DNA from: Mobula hypostoma
Taxonomy: Eukaryota
Assembly: GCF_963921235.1 (NCBI RefSeq)
Contig: NC_086097.1
Coordinates: forward strand, 46,006,001 to 46,070,000
Length of the DNA: 64,000 bases
Direction of reading: 5' to 3'
Part shown: positions 52,001 through 62,599 of the stretch, piece by piece
Position numbering within the stretch: the first letter of the stretch is position 1
How the letters are laid out: the number at the start of each line of letters is the position of its first letter
Notes under the pieces: model-generated
The model's input: the letters and a program-made list of their open reading frames with translations, nothing else
What the model was told of the DNA's origin: nothing
The model's database searches: none
Made by a program: the position numbers and the translations under genes

Positions 52001-55000
52001 GTAAAAACAAGTTCTGTTTTTTCCTTGTATACTCTTCCTCCATTGTACAAAAGTTTGGCAGTGGCGAATATTTTGATCCATTCTGCTTTTATTAAGCTTA
52101 TTTTCTTAGAAATATCAGTGGCTTGGAAGCTGCCCTACTGTGTCACTAACATCCTATTGAAAAGTAATCCTCTCTTTGTAACTGTAGCTGTGACAAGAAG
52201 AATTTATACTGACAGCTACATTCTTTCTCAATCTAGCCATCTAACCTCCATAACTGATCCCTCTTAAAAGAGTTTCCTCATTATGTAAAAGACCTCAATG
52301 GCAATAGTAAGTCGTTCTTTGCGAAATATTAGATAGAATGCAGCAGTATTGTTTAAGTGTATGAAAGTATAAGGTGTCAAACGTTACAATTTCTTCCAGA
52401 GCTGACATTTCATTATGTTTTGTGGAAGGATCTGATTCACACTTGGGTCTTGGCATCGTCTACATATACAGTTGTATGATGCGTGTTGGTGGGCTGTAGT
52501 CTTTCAGTGATGGGCGAGACTCCAATTTAAATCTCACAGCATATAATTCCTTCATGCAGGATGTTCCCAAATTGGTGGCATCAAAAAACTGACTAATAGC
52601 CTTGAGCAGATGTTTAAGGTGTCAGTAAGAGAAGTTTAAGGCCTCAGTGTTGAAGTTCCATCTGTGTGATGGAAATGCCAGATTAGGAACAAAAGAATAA
52701 AGCATTTCCGATTTCATGGAAGTAATTATTGAAGTCAGCAAAAAGTGAAAATATTGAATCTTAATGGTATAATAGTGCTTGCTAGGAGAGATTCCGTGCT
52801 AATTTTTTTTTATTTGCTGCAGGTCTTGGATCTTCAGAACAAGTTGCAAGAAAAGTGTAAAATGGTTGATATCATGTCAGCCCAGATAAGCCACTTGGAG
52901 AAAGAACAAAGTAAATTTGCACAGCTCGCAAGTAAGAACGAAAGTCGACTTGGCCACATGCAGGTAATACCTTTAGGCACAGAGAAGGAATACTTTCGTA
53001 TTTGTAGATCCTTGATTCTTAGTTTTTGATATAATTAATTGTAAAATGTTGAACAATTAGATAAATGAGAATTTGTCCTGAATAGATCAGTTTTCATGTA
53101 ATATGTCCTTTTTGGATTGCAAAAATAATCAATCTGTTAAGGCATTGACAAAAAAAAACCTGTAAGAGTTGAACAATAAAGTAACTGAAAAAAATCGTCT
53201 TGGGGCTTTTAGTCCATGAAGGATGTAGCTGAGGAAAATTCTTACAGAGATGTGAATTATCAGGAAGGTTTGAAAAAATACCAAAATGTGAAAAATAGAT
53301 TGTTACTAGACAACAGGGTGACCCGTTGGGGCACCCTTTGAGAGAAGGGTAGTGCAGTCTCATGTGACCAGAATGAACATTAAATTTTCCTGAATGCTAT
53401 TGGTATCACATTGCTTTGGAAACTGAAGTAGAAAACCCCAGTTTATTAAAGAACGATGCGTAGCAAAGCAAATACAGCTCCTCCTCGTTTAACGAAGGAC
53501 ACTTGATGGCATCATTTCTGGCTTATCTGCCATCCAGGACATCTCAAATGTCCTCTTTCTTTAAGGATCATGGTTTCCCTTCTGCTGTCATCAATGATGC
53601 CCTCACCTGCATCTCCTCCATTTCCCACACTTCGGCCCTCACCCCATCCTCCTGTCACCACAAAAGGGACAGAGTTCCCCTTGTCCTCACCTACCACCCC
53701 ACCAGCCTCCGAATCCAGCACATTATCCTCCGCAACTTCCGCCACCTTCAACAGGACCCCACCAGTAAGCACATCTTTCTCACTCCACCCCTCTCCACTT
53801 TCCACAGGGATCGTTCCCTCCGCGACTCCCTGGTCCATACATCCCTCCCCACGGATCTCCCACCCGGCACTTATCCCTATTTGCATAAGTGCTACACCTG
53901 TCCCTACACCTCCTCTCTCGCCACCATTCAGGGCCCCAAACAGTCCTTCCAGGTGAGGCAACACTTCACTTGTGAGTCTGTTGGGGTCATCTGTTGCATC
54001 CAGTGCTCCCGGTGCGGCCTCCTCTACATCGATGAAACCCGACGCAGATTGGGGGACCGCTTCGTCGAGCGCCTCCGCCACAACAGACAGGATCTCCCGG
54101 TTGCCACCCACTTCAACACCGCTTCATACATACATGGCCTCCTCTACTGCCATGATGAGGCTAAACTCAGGTTGGAGGAGCAACACCTCATATACCGTCT
54201 AGGTAGTCTCCAGCCCCTTGGTATGAACACAGAATTCTCCAACTTCCGGTAATTCCCTCCCCCCCCTTCCCCCATCCCAGTTTCACTCTGCCCCCTCCCC
54301 CAGCTGCCTATCACCTCCCTCATTGTTCCGCCTTCTTCTACTACCCATTGTGTTTTCCCCTATTCCTTCTTCACCTTTCCTGCCTATCCCCTCCCTGCTT
54401 CCTCTCCCCCACTCCTTTATCTTTCCCCTTACTGGTTTTTCACCTGGCACCTACCAGCCTTCTGCTTCCCACCCTCCCCCCACCTCCTTTATAGGGCCTC
54501 TGCCTCCTCCCTCTTCAGTCCTGACTAAGGGTTCCGGCCCGAAACGTTAACTGATCATTTCCGCGGATGCTGCCTGACCTGCTGAGTTCCTCCAGCGTGT
54601 TGTGAGTGTTGCTCTGCCACTCTTGTACCTCTCGTTGTCATTCTGGAGATGTGCAGCCCTTTCATCCCCTGAGTCTTAATCTCTTCTGCCGTTTGTTGCT
54701 TGTCTCTGATCCTGGAGACGTGCATACCTCTCCTCCTCTGTCTCTTCTTCTCTCATCTTTTTTTGTCCTGACTCTTTGATCCTGGAGTTGTGCGGCCCTG
54801 GCCTCATCTGATTCTTGTTCTCTCCCTCTCCTTGCTGCTTCCCGACGAAGTTTGGCATCATCTCTTGACCATAATGTCCCCCTTCCCTTTCCACGTGGCA
54901 TAATTAGGCTGACCATTTTTTTTTACCCTAATGCTGGATAGAAGATACGAAGCAGTAACATCAAAGGATGCTGATTATTCTTGATGATGTGGTTGGCGCT

Positions 55001-57870
55001 GTCCTAAATGGACGTGATATAGTCACCGCTGTCCTTTGACTGCAGCAAAGGGTTTTATGGGTGTCTTGAAGTACGTCATTACAATAAGATTTAATTATCT
55101 CTTATTGATGGGTGGCAGTTAGATCTGTCCCAATCCTGCACATGCTGATGGTGATTAGCAGAATGTGACCCTTCGAAATAGAGCTGCCTTGCCCTTCTGC
55201 TCCAGTAGGTGTTGCTGCTGTGGCTGGCCGTGCGCATGCATCCGGCTGTCGCGTCCCGATTTCCATGAAGGCCGATTGGGTCTCGGGTTAAAAGGGAGCC
55301 TGTTTATTTTGGCAAATGAGCAATTTTAAACGAATATATAACACTGAACTTCGCCTGCATTCTATAAGTTAGTGTATTTTAATTCGATTCAGCCAAAAAA
55401 AAGTGCCGCTGTAATGCACCGTTTGTGCTAATTGGAGGTCACAAACAGACCGACAGACAGAGCATGAAAGTTTTAGTAGTATATAGATTTCAGGTATAAT
55501 TGTACACTAAATTCTGAATAGCCAGAAATAGAGAACAAAGAAATTAAATGTTCATGAAACATTTAAAATCACAGTAAGAGCAGAAAGCAGGGTCAACAGA
55601 GGGCCACGGTGTAGTGGAGTAATGTCTCGGGGTAGGATGTGACTTCAGACGAAATGAAGAATGCTCTCTGTACTTGAACAACCCAGGATATTGCAGTATC
55701 CTTGAAGAAGTGGCTCACTATTGACCCCAGAGAAATATTCACGAGATTTAATGTTTCAAAGTGAGTGTGAAGATAGTGGCATCCTTGGTGTGGAACAGTC
55801 TATAAATTAGATTAAATAGTTCTTACAGACACCAAAGTCAGGAGAAAACTGAAATCCCAGCCTTGTGCATCAGTGCAAGAGTCTCTTTGAACAGTTTCCA
55901 AGGCTCAGTCATCTTCAGTTGCTTTATCACTGACTATTATAATGTTATTAGGAAGAATGTTCACTGATTACACAATCTTCAGTTCCATTTGCAACACCTC
56001 GGTGAATAATGCACTAAGCCCTAAACAACGCTCAGCTATGACTGCAAACACCAGGAATTCTGCAGATGCTGGAAATTCAAGCAACACACATCAAAGTTGC
56101 TGGTGAACGCAGCAGGCCAGGCAGCATCTATAGGAAGAAGCGCAGTCGACGTTTCAGGCCGAGACCCTTCGTCAGGTATGACTGGCAGGTGGCCAGTGGG
56201 ATTGTTGCCAGTTATTCTCTTTTGAGTACATTGTGCTTGTTGGTCGTTGTTGGACCTGCACTCATCACAACCAGTGGAAAATATTCCACCATATCCCTGA
56301 CTTTTGCCTTGTTGAGTGTGGATCGTTCTTGAGGTGTAAGTTGATGTCTGAGGATATCCAACCTCAGTGATCGGTAGTTATCTCCAAGGATATTGATGGT
56401 GGGGGGACTCTGTTGTGATAACAGCATTGAACATCAAGGATAGCTGCTTTTTCCTTTTCTAGCCAATAGTTTACAAATTTTTTTTAATTCAGTGACTGTA
56501 TAATAATTCCCTACTGATGCAATTGCTTCAAGTTATATAATTCTAATAGTTATAATCAATGTGAAAATGCCTCCATTGATATTATTATTTACTTATTTAT
56601 TTCTACATGTGTATTGGACTCTGTATGAACTTTGAGGCCAGCTACGGTAACACTAGCCAGTTAACTATCCAAATTCTGCAGACGCTGCAAGTTCTGGTTC
56701 GCATCCACCCTCGTGCAAATGATTTTCCATTGTTAGCCAACTGTTCTTCACATTTTTTTCTCTTCAATTCATTGAAGCATATCTTGCTCAACAACAGCAG
56801 CTTGTATTCATATAAATTCTTTAATGTAGCAAAATTTTCTAAGCTGCTTCACAGGAGCATTATCGCATAACGTGACGACTGAGCTACTTTAGAAATACGT
56901 TTTATGGAATAATTTAAAAGGAAAAGAGGGGGTAGAGAGGCACTACTTCAAAGCTTAAGGCATTGTTAGCTGTTGATGTAGCTGCCAGTAGTGCATCAAT
57001 TAACTTTGGGTATGTTAAAGAGGTCAGGTGCAGGACTGTGCGTACTCCATGGGATTATAAGGTTGGAGGAGTTTATAGAAAGAGGAAAAGGCAAGGTCGA
57101 AAAGGGATATGAATTAGTCGATGAAAATTTTAAAATCCAAGTAGCACAGGATTGATGATCAGACTAACTTTGAGTACAAAATATGTGATCGAGTTTTGGG
57201 TGATTTCTAAGTTATAGAGGTTAGAATGAGAATGCCCATTTGAAGTAGTCAAATTTAGTACAAAGGCACGGATAAGAATTTCATCAGTGAACAAGCAGAG
57301 TCAAGAGACTGTGTTACTTGTACTGAAATGTGCTGCAGTTTGCATCCTTGATTAGATCCATAATAACTTGCATAGTGGAGAGGGATTTGGGTGAGAAAGG
57401 CTGTATGCTTGCAGAGAATGGCCATGATTAGAAATGGACTTTGGAAGCAGTTCACTTGGGAACTCAGAATCTGTCATTGTGTCTTTCCTGCCCTGCTTTG
57501 CTTATAATAAAAGATTTTACCTTTAGTCTGAAGCTGGCATTGACTTTCTCACATTAGGTCGCCAGGAATGCTTTCCTCCTCACCTGAACATCAGGCATGA
57601 ACCCAGGTCACCTGCTGCTTTGGATATGATGCTACATTGTATTAAATGTATACAAATTTTTATTTTTATTTTTGCAGAAAATGTTGGCCAGTCAGACAGA
57701 TAAGCTGATGAATATTGACCAAACATCACAACAGACATACCAAAGGCAGGAAGAGAGTGCTCGAGATGCCAAAATTCTGAGAGAATCTATAGACCACCTG
57801 CAGACCCGAATTAGACAACTGGAGTTCCCCTACAGAACTGCTGGACCAGGCTCAGGAGCTGCTAGCTTGA
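30767..57870 (+). CDS. TRAF3: TNF receptor-associated factor 3 (TRAF3/TRAF5 family), partial spliced CDS: join(30767..31029,32599..32650,32735..32839,33195..33359,37370..37447,40711..40785,42587..42679,52823..52963,57678..57870); C-terminal MATH exon outside window
   Basis: Nine exons with GT-AG boundaries join into one open frame of 1165 nt (388 codons + 1). It encodes a RING (CGHC..CGHRFCGSC..CPLD), five TRAF-type zinc fingers and a coiled coil. The motifs GGFKEKFV, PKQTECGHRFC and EILALQIYCRNE match TRAF3 as I recall it. Confidence 0.9.
31250..31960 (+). mobile_element. Old CR1 fragment
   Basis: Degenerate CR1 RT C-terminal motifs. Similar decayed pieces at about 21330-21650, 29160-29830, 49270-49580 and 61180-61800. 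Confidence 0.65.
32599..32650 (+). CDS. TRAF3: TRAF3 coding exon 2 (end of RING, 52 nt)
   Basis: ttttccag|G AAT CCA... encodes (G)NPNSVCPLDNEPLYEKA|gtaagc; phase compatible with exon 1. Confidence 0.9.
32735..32839 (+). CDS. TRAF3: TRAF3 coding exon 3 (105 nt)
   Basis: ttttcaaag|VFKDICCKKEILALQIYCRNEINGCKKQLPLGKLE|gtaatg. Confidence 0.93.
33195..33359 (+). CDS. TRAF3: TRAF3 coding exon 4 (zinc fingers, 165 nt)
   Basis: ctcctgcag|AHLHECPYQEVRCARRGCTEKVQRKDLADHLNSTCTYREQACKYCKKKITIAELK|gtaaaa. Confidence 0.93.
34366..34765. mobile_element. Tc1/mariner-type MITE or deletion derivative
   Basis: TIRs CAGAACTGTGCAGAAGTCTTAGGCA and TGCCTAAGACCTTTGCACAGTATTG; TA on the left side. Confidence 0.8.
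35503..35677 (-). mobile_element. Short Penelope-end insertion with inverted tail
   Basis: Same family. TSD TAGAC(T/G)GAAATTCA at 35489-35502 and 35678-35691. The hammerhead has lost one A (GAAC). Confidence 0.75.
37370..37447 (+). CDS. TRAF3: TRAF3 coding exon 5 (zinc finger, 78 nt)
   Basis: Long polypyrimidine tract, then tag|KHEDFDCPAFPVLCPNKCNTFILRGE|gtaagt. Confidence 0.92.
39172..40196 (+). mobile_element. CR1 LINE 3' fragment nested in an older minus-strand CR1 (about 39060-40590)
   Basis: LVRPHLEYCAQFWSPHYRKD..ERRRMRGDLI motifs; the two flanks rejoin as an antisense CR1. Confidence 0.88.
40711..40785 (+). CDS. TRAF3: TRAF3 coding exon 6 (zinc finger, 75 nt)
   Basis: tctttctcag|LNNHQLQCLNVTMSCPFSQYGCNYQ|gttagt. 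Confidence 0.9.
41419..41456 (-). ncRNA. Minimal type I hammerhead ribozyme motif
   Basis: Minus strand reads UAGUC-CUGACGA-A-GGGU(CUCG)GCCU-GAAAC-GUC-GACUG. The core CUGANGA/GAAA/GUC is intact, stem I is UAGUC:GACUG, and a palindromic ACGU replaces stem-loop III. Confidence 0.8.
41860..41897 (-). ncRNA. Minimal type I hammerhead ribozyme motif (second array unit)
   Basis: Identical 38-nt motif to 41419-41456. Confidence 0.8.
42295..42332 (-). ncRNA. Degenerate hammerhead motif (third array unit)
   Basis: Core reads CUCACAA instead of CUGACGA; predicted inactive. Confidence 0.65.
42587..42679 (+). CDS. TRAF3: TRAF3 coding exon 7 (93 nt)
   Basis: ttcttgtag|GNNQEMKVHEASTMAQHLKYVLLKNEHLEKT|gtaaag. 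Confidence 0.9.
43404..44213. mobile_element. Tigger/pogo-like MITE
   Basis: TIRs CCGTGGATTCTGGTTAATT and AATTGACTGGATCCACTG|TA; a partial inverse copy lies near 24845-25290. Confidence 0.7.
44677..44881. mobile_element. Small hAT-like MITE
   Basis: Inverted ends GTTCCCTCTAA and TTAGAGGGAAC; imperfect 8-bp flanks CTTATTGA and GTTATTGC. Confidence 0.55.
46205..46635 (+). mobile_element. CR1 LINE 3' end
   Basis: Highly similar to 39755-40196; TRGHRFKV..FFTQRVV..WNGLP motifs. Confidence 0.88.
52823..52963 (+). CDS. TRAF3: TRAF3 coding exon 8 (coiled coil, 141 nt)
   Basis: tttgctgcag|VLDLQNKLQEKCKMVDIMSAQISHLEKEQSKFAQLASKNESRLGHMQ|gtaata. Confidence 0.88.
53306..55487 (-). mobile_element. Non-autonomous Helitron, interrupted by the Penelope insertion
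   Basis: Minus strand begins A|TCTATATACTACTAAAAC at 55487 and ends with hairpin AGGGTGCCCCAACGGGTCACCCT plus GTTGTCTAG|T at 53306. ORF remnants MPRGKGRG.. and ETEEERYARLQDQR resemble Helitron N-terminal repeats. Confidence 0.72.
53533..54612 (+). mobile_element. 5'-truncated Penelope-like element with GIY-YIG endonuclease region
   Basis: ORF 53503-54252 contains RVPLVLTYHP, FTCESVGVICCIQCSRCGLLYIDETRRRLGDRF and EQHLIYRLGSLQPLGMN. TSD TCTGCCA at 53526-53532 and 54613-54619. Mutated hammerhead (CUGACUA) near 54516-54553. Confidence 0.9.
56045..56176 (-). mobile_element. Short Penelope-end insertion truncated at the hammerhead
   Basis: Same family. TSD TATGACTG at 56037-56044 and 56177-56184. 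The core CUGACGA..GAAACGUC (56143-56176) is intact, but the 5' strand of stem I is replaced by flank. Confidence 0.78.
57678..57870 (+). CDS. TRAF3: TRAF3 coding exon 9 (coiled coil, 193 nt)
   Basis: tttttgcag|KMLASQTDKLMNIDQ...IDHLQTRIRQLEFPYRTAGPGSGAASL+A|gtaagt; ends in phase 1, as expected before the terminal MATH exon. Confidence 0.87.
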
Positions 57871-58699
57871 GTAAGTGTAAAGCAGTGACTTTGCTCATAC
57901 TGTCTGTTATCTAAAATGCGAATTGAAGTGTGGGAGCAGTGCAAGTTGGCCCCTATGTAAAAGAGTGTTTGCAACCCAGGATGCATTGTTAATGTGCAGA
58001 TTTTCACGAGAATGGAGAATCATAAAACTCGTATTTTCATCCTGAAACTCAACTGGAGAGGTGATAGCTCAGGCAGTGAAGAGAGGCAGAGGAATTTTGT
58101 CTCTATGGGGAAGGGAAGGAGCTGGCTGAAGGCAGCTAACCAGATAATGGCAAAGTTAATAATTCCCACTTTGTCAGAAGTTACAATAACAGTCAAAAAA
58201 TTAATTTATTATCATATGCATAAGTGCAAGTATGCACAGGCGCAAATGAAAAGATTATTTGCAGTGGCATCACTGGCACGTAGCATCAGATACACAAGGA
58301 TAACAAATAAAGAATGCAATTAAAATAAAAACAAAGTCCATGGTAGTTCAAAGAAATGAGAGCATAATTATACCGAGGTACCAAGTAGGATGGTGCTGGT
58401 TGGTTGAATGGCAGAAGGGTAGTAGCTGTTTATGAACCTGGTGGTGTGGGACTTCAGGCTTCTGTACTTGGAGCCCAATGGTAGCTGCAAAAAGATGGCC
58501 TGGCCCAGAAGGTGCCGCCGTCAGGCAGCGTCTCATTTAGATACTTTGGATGGTGGGGAGGGATGTGCAGTGGTGTATTGGGCTGAGCCTGCTGTTCTCT
58601 GCAGCTTCTTGCGTTCCTGTGCACTTGACGCGCTGTGGCAGAACATGATGCAACTAACCAGGATACTTCCCACAGTCATCGGGCAGAAGACTATGTGGG

Positions 58700-58960
58700 A
58701 CAACACAGCAGTTTAGCAGTCAGCACAACGCTGTTACAGCTCAGAGTGTCGAGTTCAGAGTTCACTTCCAGCACCCTCTGTACGTCCTCCCCATGGAACG
58801 TGTGGGTTTCCTCCGTGTCCTCCGGCTTCCTCCCACAGTTCAAAGATGTACCGGGTAGGTTACATATTGTCCCATGAATAGGTCAGGGTTAAACCGGGGT
58901 TGCTGGGCAGTGCATTTCGAATGCTTGGAAGGACTTATTCTGCGTTGTATCTCTAAATAA
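58700..58960 (+). mobile_element. tRNA-derived SINE (V-SINE/HE1-like)
   Basis: GTGGGTTTCCTCC..TCCGGCTTCCTCCCACAGT core and A-rich tail. Related copies at about 20270-20385 (+), 36170-36395 (+) and 59345-59510 (-). Confidence 0.65.
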
Positions 58961-60314
58961 AAATAAACAAACAAACAGTCCATCTGTATAAGTTGGTAAG
59001 TGCTTGATGTCGCTACTTTCTATGAAAGCAAAGACACTGGCGTGCCTTCCTTGTGTTGAGGTTTCAGGAACGAAAAAGAATTTGCAATTGGTATTGTATT
59101 TCAAGATATTACTGGAATTATAGACAGTTTTGCTATTTAAAAGCAGAGTTCATTAAGGCTTGATTATTATTTATTTATTGGGACACAGCCTTTCAGGCCA
59201 CGCTACCCAGCAACCCTTGATTTAATGCTGGAGGAACTCAGCAGGCCAGGTAGCATCTATGGAAAAAAGCGCGTTGCTCCAGGCCAAAGCTCCGAAGCAT
59301 CGACTGTGCTTTTTTCCATGGTTGCTGCCTGGCCTGCTGAGTAACCTACCAAATGGTATGAGTTTTGACTGTGTAATGGAACCAGAGTATCCGGAGGAAA
59401 CCCACGTGGTCACGGGGAGAACATACAAACTCTTTCTAGGCAGCAGCGGGAGTTGAACTCTGGTTGCCTGTAGTGTAAAGTGTCGTGCTGACCACTATGC
59501 TATTGTGCTGCCTTAGTGATGTGGTCCACTAAGATCGAAGCTATCCAGTTTATCTGCCTTTGACCTAATTTCCCTCATTTTCAGGTAACGGAAAGTTTTG
59601 TTTTCCCTACTTTATGTCTCATGCTGCCTTCATGTTCCTATCAGCCATAAGTCTGCCATCCTGATCTTTCCCTCCTGGCCTGCTGTTACCAGGCCAACTA
59701 AATCTCTCTTGCCTTAGCTGTTGTGGTTCTCCCCTTAACCTTTTCCACCATCGGCCATTTCAAGAAGCTCGCCGTTGACTCCTTCTTCCTTCTAAATGCT
59801 AACTCTCTTCTCTTCCTCTCAAGTCCTTGAATTTGCTAACACTTTCAAAATTCTTGTTCAACCTTCCCAGAACTGTTTTTGAATCCTTTCAATCAGGATT
59901 CTGTCTCTGCTGTGTTATCAAAATGGCTCTTCTTAAGGCTACACATGAGAGCTCTGTGGCAATGACAAAGGTGAATAATCTCTCTTTATTCCTCATGACC
60001 TGTAGGCATATTTTGGCAACGTCTATCAGCACAACACCTCCAGATAACTCTCCACTCCCATCCAGCTGGCACTCTGGCACTGCATTCCCTTGACTGAAAA
60101 AAAAATATTTTATTCAGTGGCCAGCAAAGAATCAACTGCATTAGCTTTTTCCTGTTTCTATACTATTTCCTCCCCAAGGTTCCTTGGGGCATTTTCAGTT
60201 TGTCAACTCTCAGCAACCTCATCACGCAGTGTCAGTTTTGGGACTGAATCCACTCAGTTCTGCTTCATCTCTTCTTCACTCTTCACTATCCCTAACACAT
60301 TAGAAATTTAGCCT

Positions 60315-60925
60315 TTGGGGTGTTAGCTTTCATAAATCGAGGGATAGAGTTTAAGAGTCGTGATGTAATGATGCAGCTCTATAAAACTCTGGTTAGGCCA
60401 CACTTGGAGTACTGTGTCCAGTTCTGGTCGCCTCACTATAGGAAGGATGCGGAAGCATTGGAAAGGGTACAGAGGAGATTTACCAGGATGCTCTCTAAAC
60501 CAAGCAGTATGCATTATGATCAGAGATTAAGGGAGCTAGGGCTTTACTCTTTGGAGAGAAGGAGGCTGAGAGGAGAGATGGTAGAGGTGTACAATATAAT
60601 AAGAGGAATAGATAGAGTGGATAGCCAGCGCCTCTTCCCCAGGGCACCACTGCTCAATACAAGAGGACATGGCTTTAAGGTAAGGGATGGGAAGTTCAAG
60701 GGGGATATTAGAGGAAGGTTTTTTACTGAGAGAGTGGTTGGTGCATGGAATGCACTGCCTGAGTCAGTGGTGGAGGCAGATACACTAGTGAAGTTTAAGA
60801 GACTACTAGACAGGTATATGGAGGAACTTAAGGTGGGGGCTTATATAGGAGGCAGGGTTTGAGGGTCGGCACAACATTGTGGGCTGAAGGGCCTGTACTG
60901 TGCTGTACTATTCTATGTTCTAACA
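60315..60925 (+). mobile_element. Young CR1 LINE 3' fragment (open 180-codon frame)
   Basis: LYKTLVRPHLEYCVQFWSP..TRGHGFKV..WNALP motifs and TTCTATGTTCT tail. Confidence 0.92.
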
Positions 60926-62599
60926 TCAAGTACTAGATGAGCAGAAGTGTCCTCTGGCTGAACTTTGGGAAGAGAGAACTATTCCATTCCCTAACTCCCT
61001 GACAAATTCAAGGTCCAGAAGCTTGATATCACACCTAATCCTGAGAAAATAGTATAGATATGAATGTTTCTGCAGTATTGTCCCCGCCCTTGTGTTGTGC
61101 CTCTTGCTGCTTCCAATATTCTGATGAACTCTTGATGGGCTTATCATTTTCCATCAGGCATAAATTGCTGCCTATATCCTAATTATATCTGATAAGTGGG
61201 AGACATTTAAGAGGAAAATAGTAAGTTCAGAATCAGCATATCCTTGCAAACATGATATATTTATGGAACCCTTGATGGCCAAATTGAGTGTTGTCAGGAA
61301 AAAGAATGAAGCTATTGTCAGATATAGGAAATAGTTATCAAGTTAATTCATTGCGGTTTCTAGATGAGAAAACTTAAGAAATCGATTTGGAGGACAAAAT
61401 AAGATCATGAAATGGTCTTGGCCTACAGTATTAAAGGGAATTCCAGAACTTTTTATAAATGTATTTAAAAACTAGAGGGCAGTTAGGGAAAGAGTAGGTC
61501 CTCTTGGGGATTGAAAGGGTAGTTTTAGTGTGGAGCCAGAAGTGCTTGTGTGATGGCATGAAAGAATATCTGTATCACTGTTCACTACAGAGAATGACGC
61601 ACTGCCCGGGGAGATTACACTGATAGCCTGGAATGTGTACTGCAGGAAAGAGACATTACTGCATGTTAAAGTCAATAGATCTCCAGGGATTAATGAAATG
61701 TATCTCAGGGAGCTATGGGAAGCAAAGGAGGGATTACAGGGGCGCTGATGGAGAGGGAGACATCATCTTTAGGCACAGATGAGGTACTGGAAAACTGGAA
61801 GGTCAAAGTGCATTTATTACCAAAGTATTTATGCAGTATACAACCCTGAGATTCTTCTTCCCACAGACAACCACGAAACAAAGAAAAACCTTGGGACTGC
61901 TTCAAGGAAAACATCAAACACCCAGTGCGCAAAAGAAAGAATAAATCGCGCAAATGGCAAAAAACAAGCGAAAAACACACAGATCATAAAACATCAAACC
62001 AGAGGGTCCTTAAACAATCTAGGAATTTTCAATTTAGTTCAGCTCAGTTCAATTTTTCGTTGACTGCAGGCTGCAGAACCAGTCGGCCCCAAATGCATAA
62101 AATAGCAATTTTAAAAAAGAGTAACCAGAAGTGTATAACGTGAGCTGCAGAGTCCAATCCACAAATTGCACCGATCAAACCTTGCCTGAGGTCCAAGACT
62201 CCAGCGCCTTCCTCCGGCAGCGAGCAAGCAAGAGGGGGAGAGAGAGAGAGATCAGTCACACGCAGGCAGATGGTGCCGAATACCCGCTCGCCTTCCACTC
62301 TCGTCCTCGTTGATTTCAATATTGCTTGATTCTTTCATTGGCGAGAAATGGAGTCAATCATGGGCTCGTGCCCAGGTTTCTTGGCTCCAGGCTGTACGCT
62401 CTGCTCCAAACCTCAGCGACCTCCCTCAGAAACAGCAAAGTGCTGGATCGCTCAACTGACCCAAAAAGGTAAATCACAGATTCCAATCGCACGCAGTAGT
62501 ATAACCATATATGGAAGAAGAAGAAGTAAAAGAAGTAGTTTCATGAATTGTTTGAAGGACATCGCCGTTGGTCACATTATTTGCTGGCCATATTGTTCC

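Noticed and set aside
53503..54252. 249-aa ORF (and the antisense 199-aa ORF) as a domesticated nuclease gene
   Set aside because: It is a 5'-truncated Penelope with a TSD, altered motifs (YIDET) and small deletions; the antisense ORF is a shadow.
60320..60862. 180-aa ORF as a TRAF3 exon or separate gene
   Set aside because: It is a typical CR1 ORF2 C-terminus followed by a CR1 tail.
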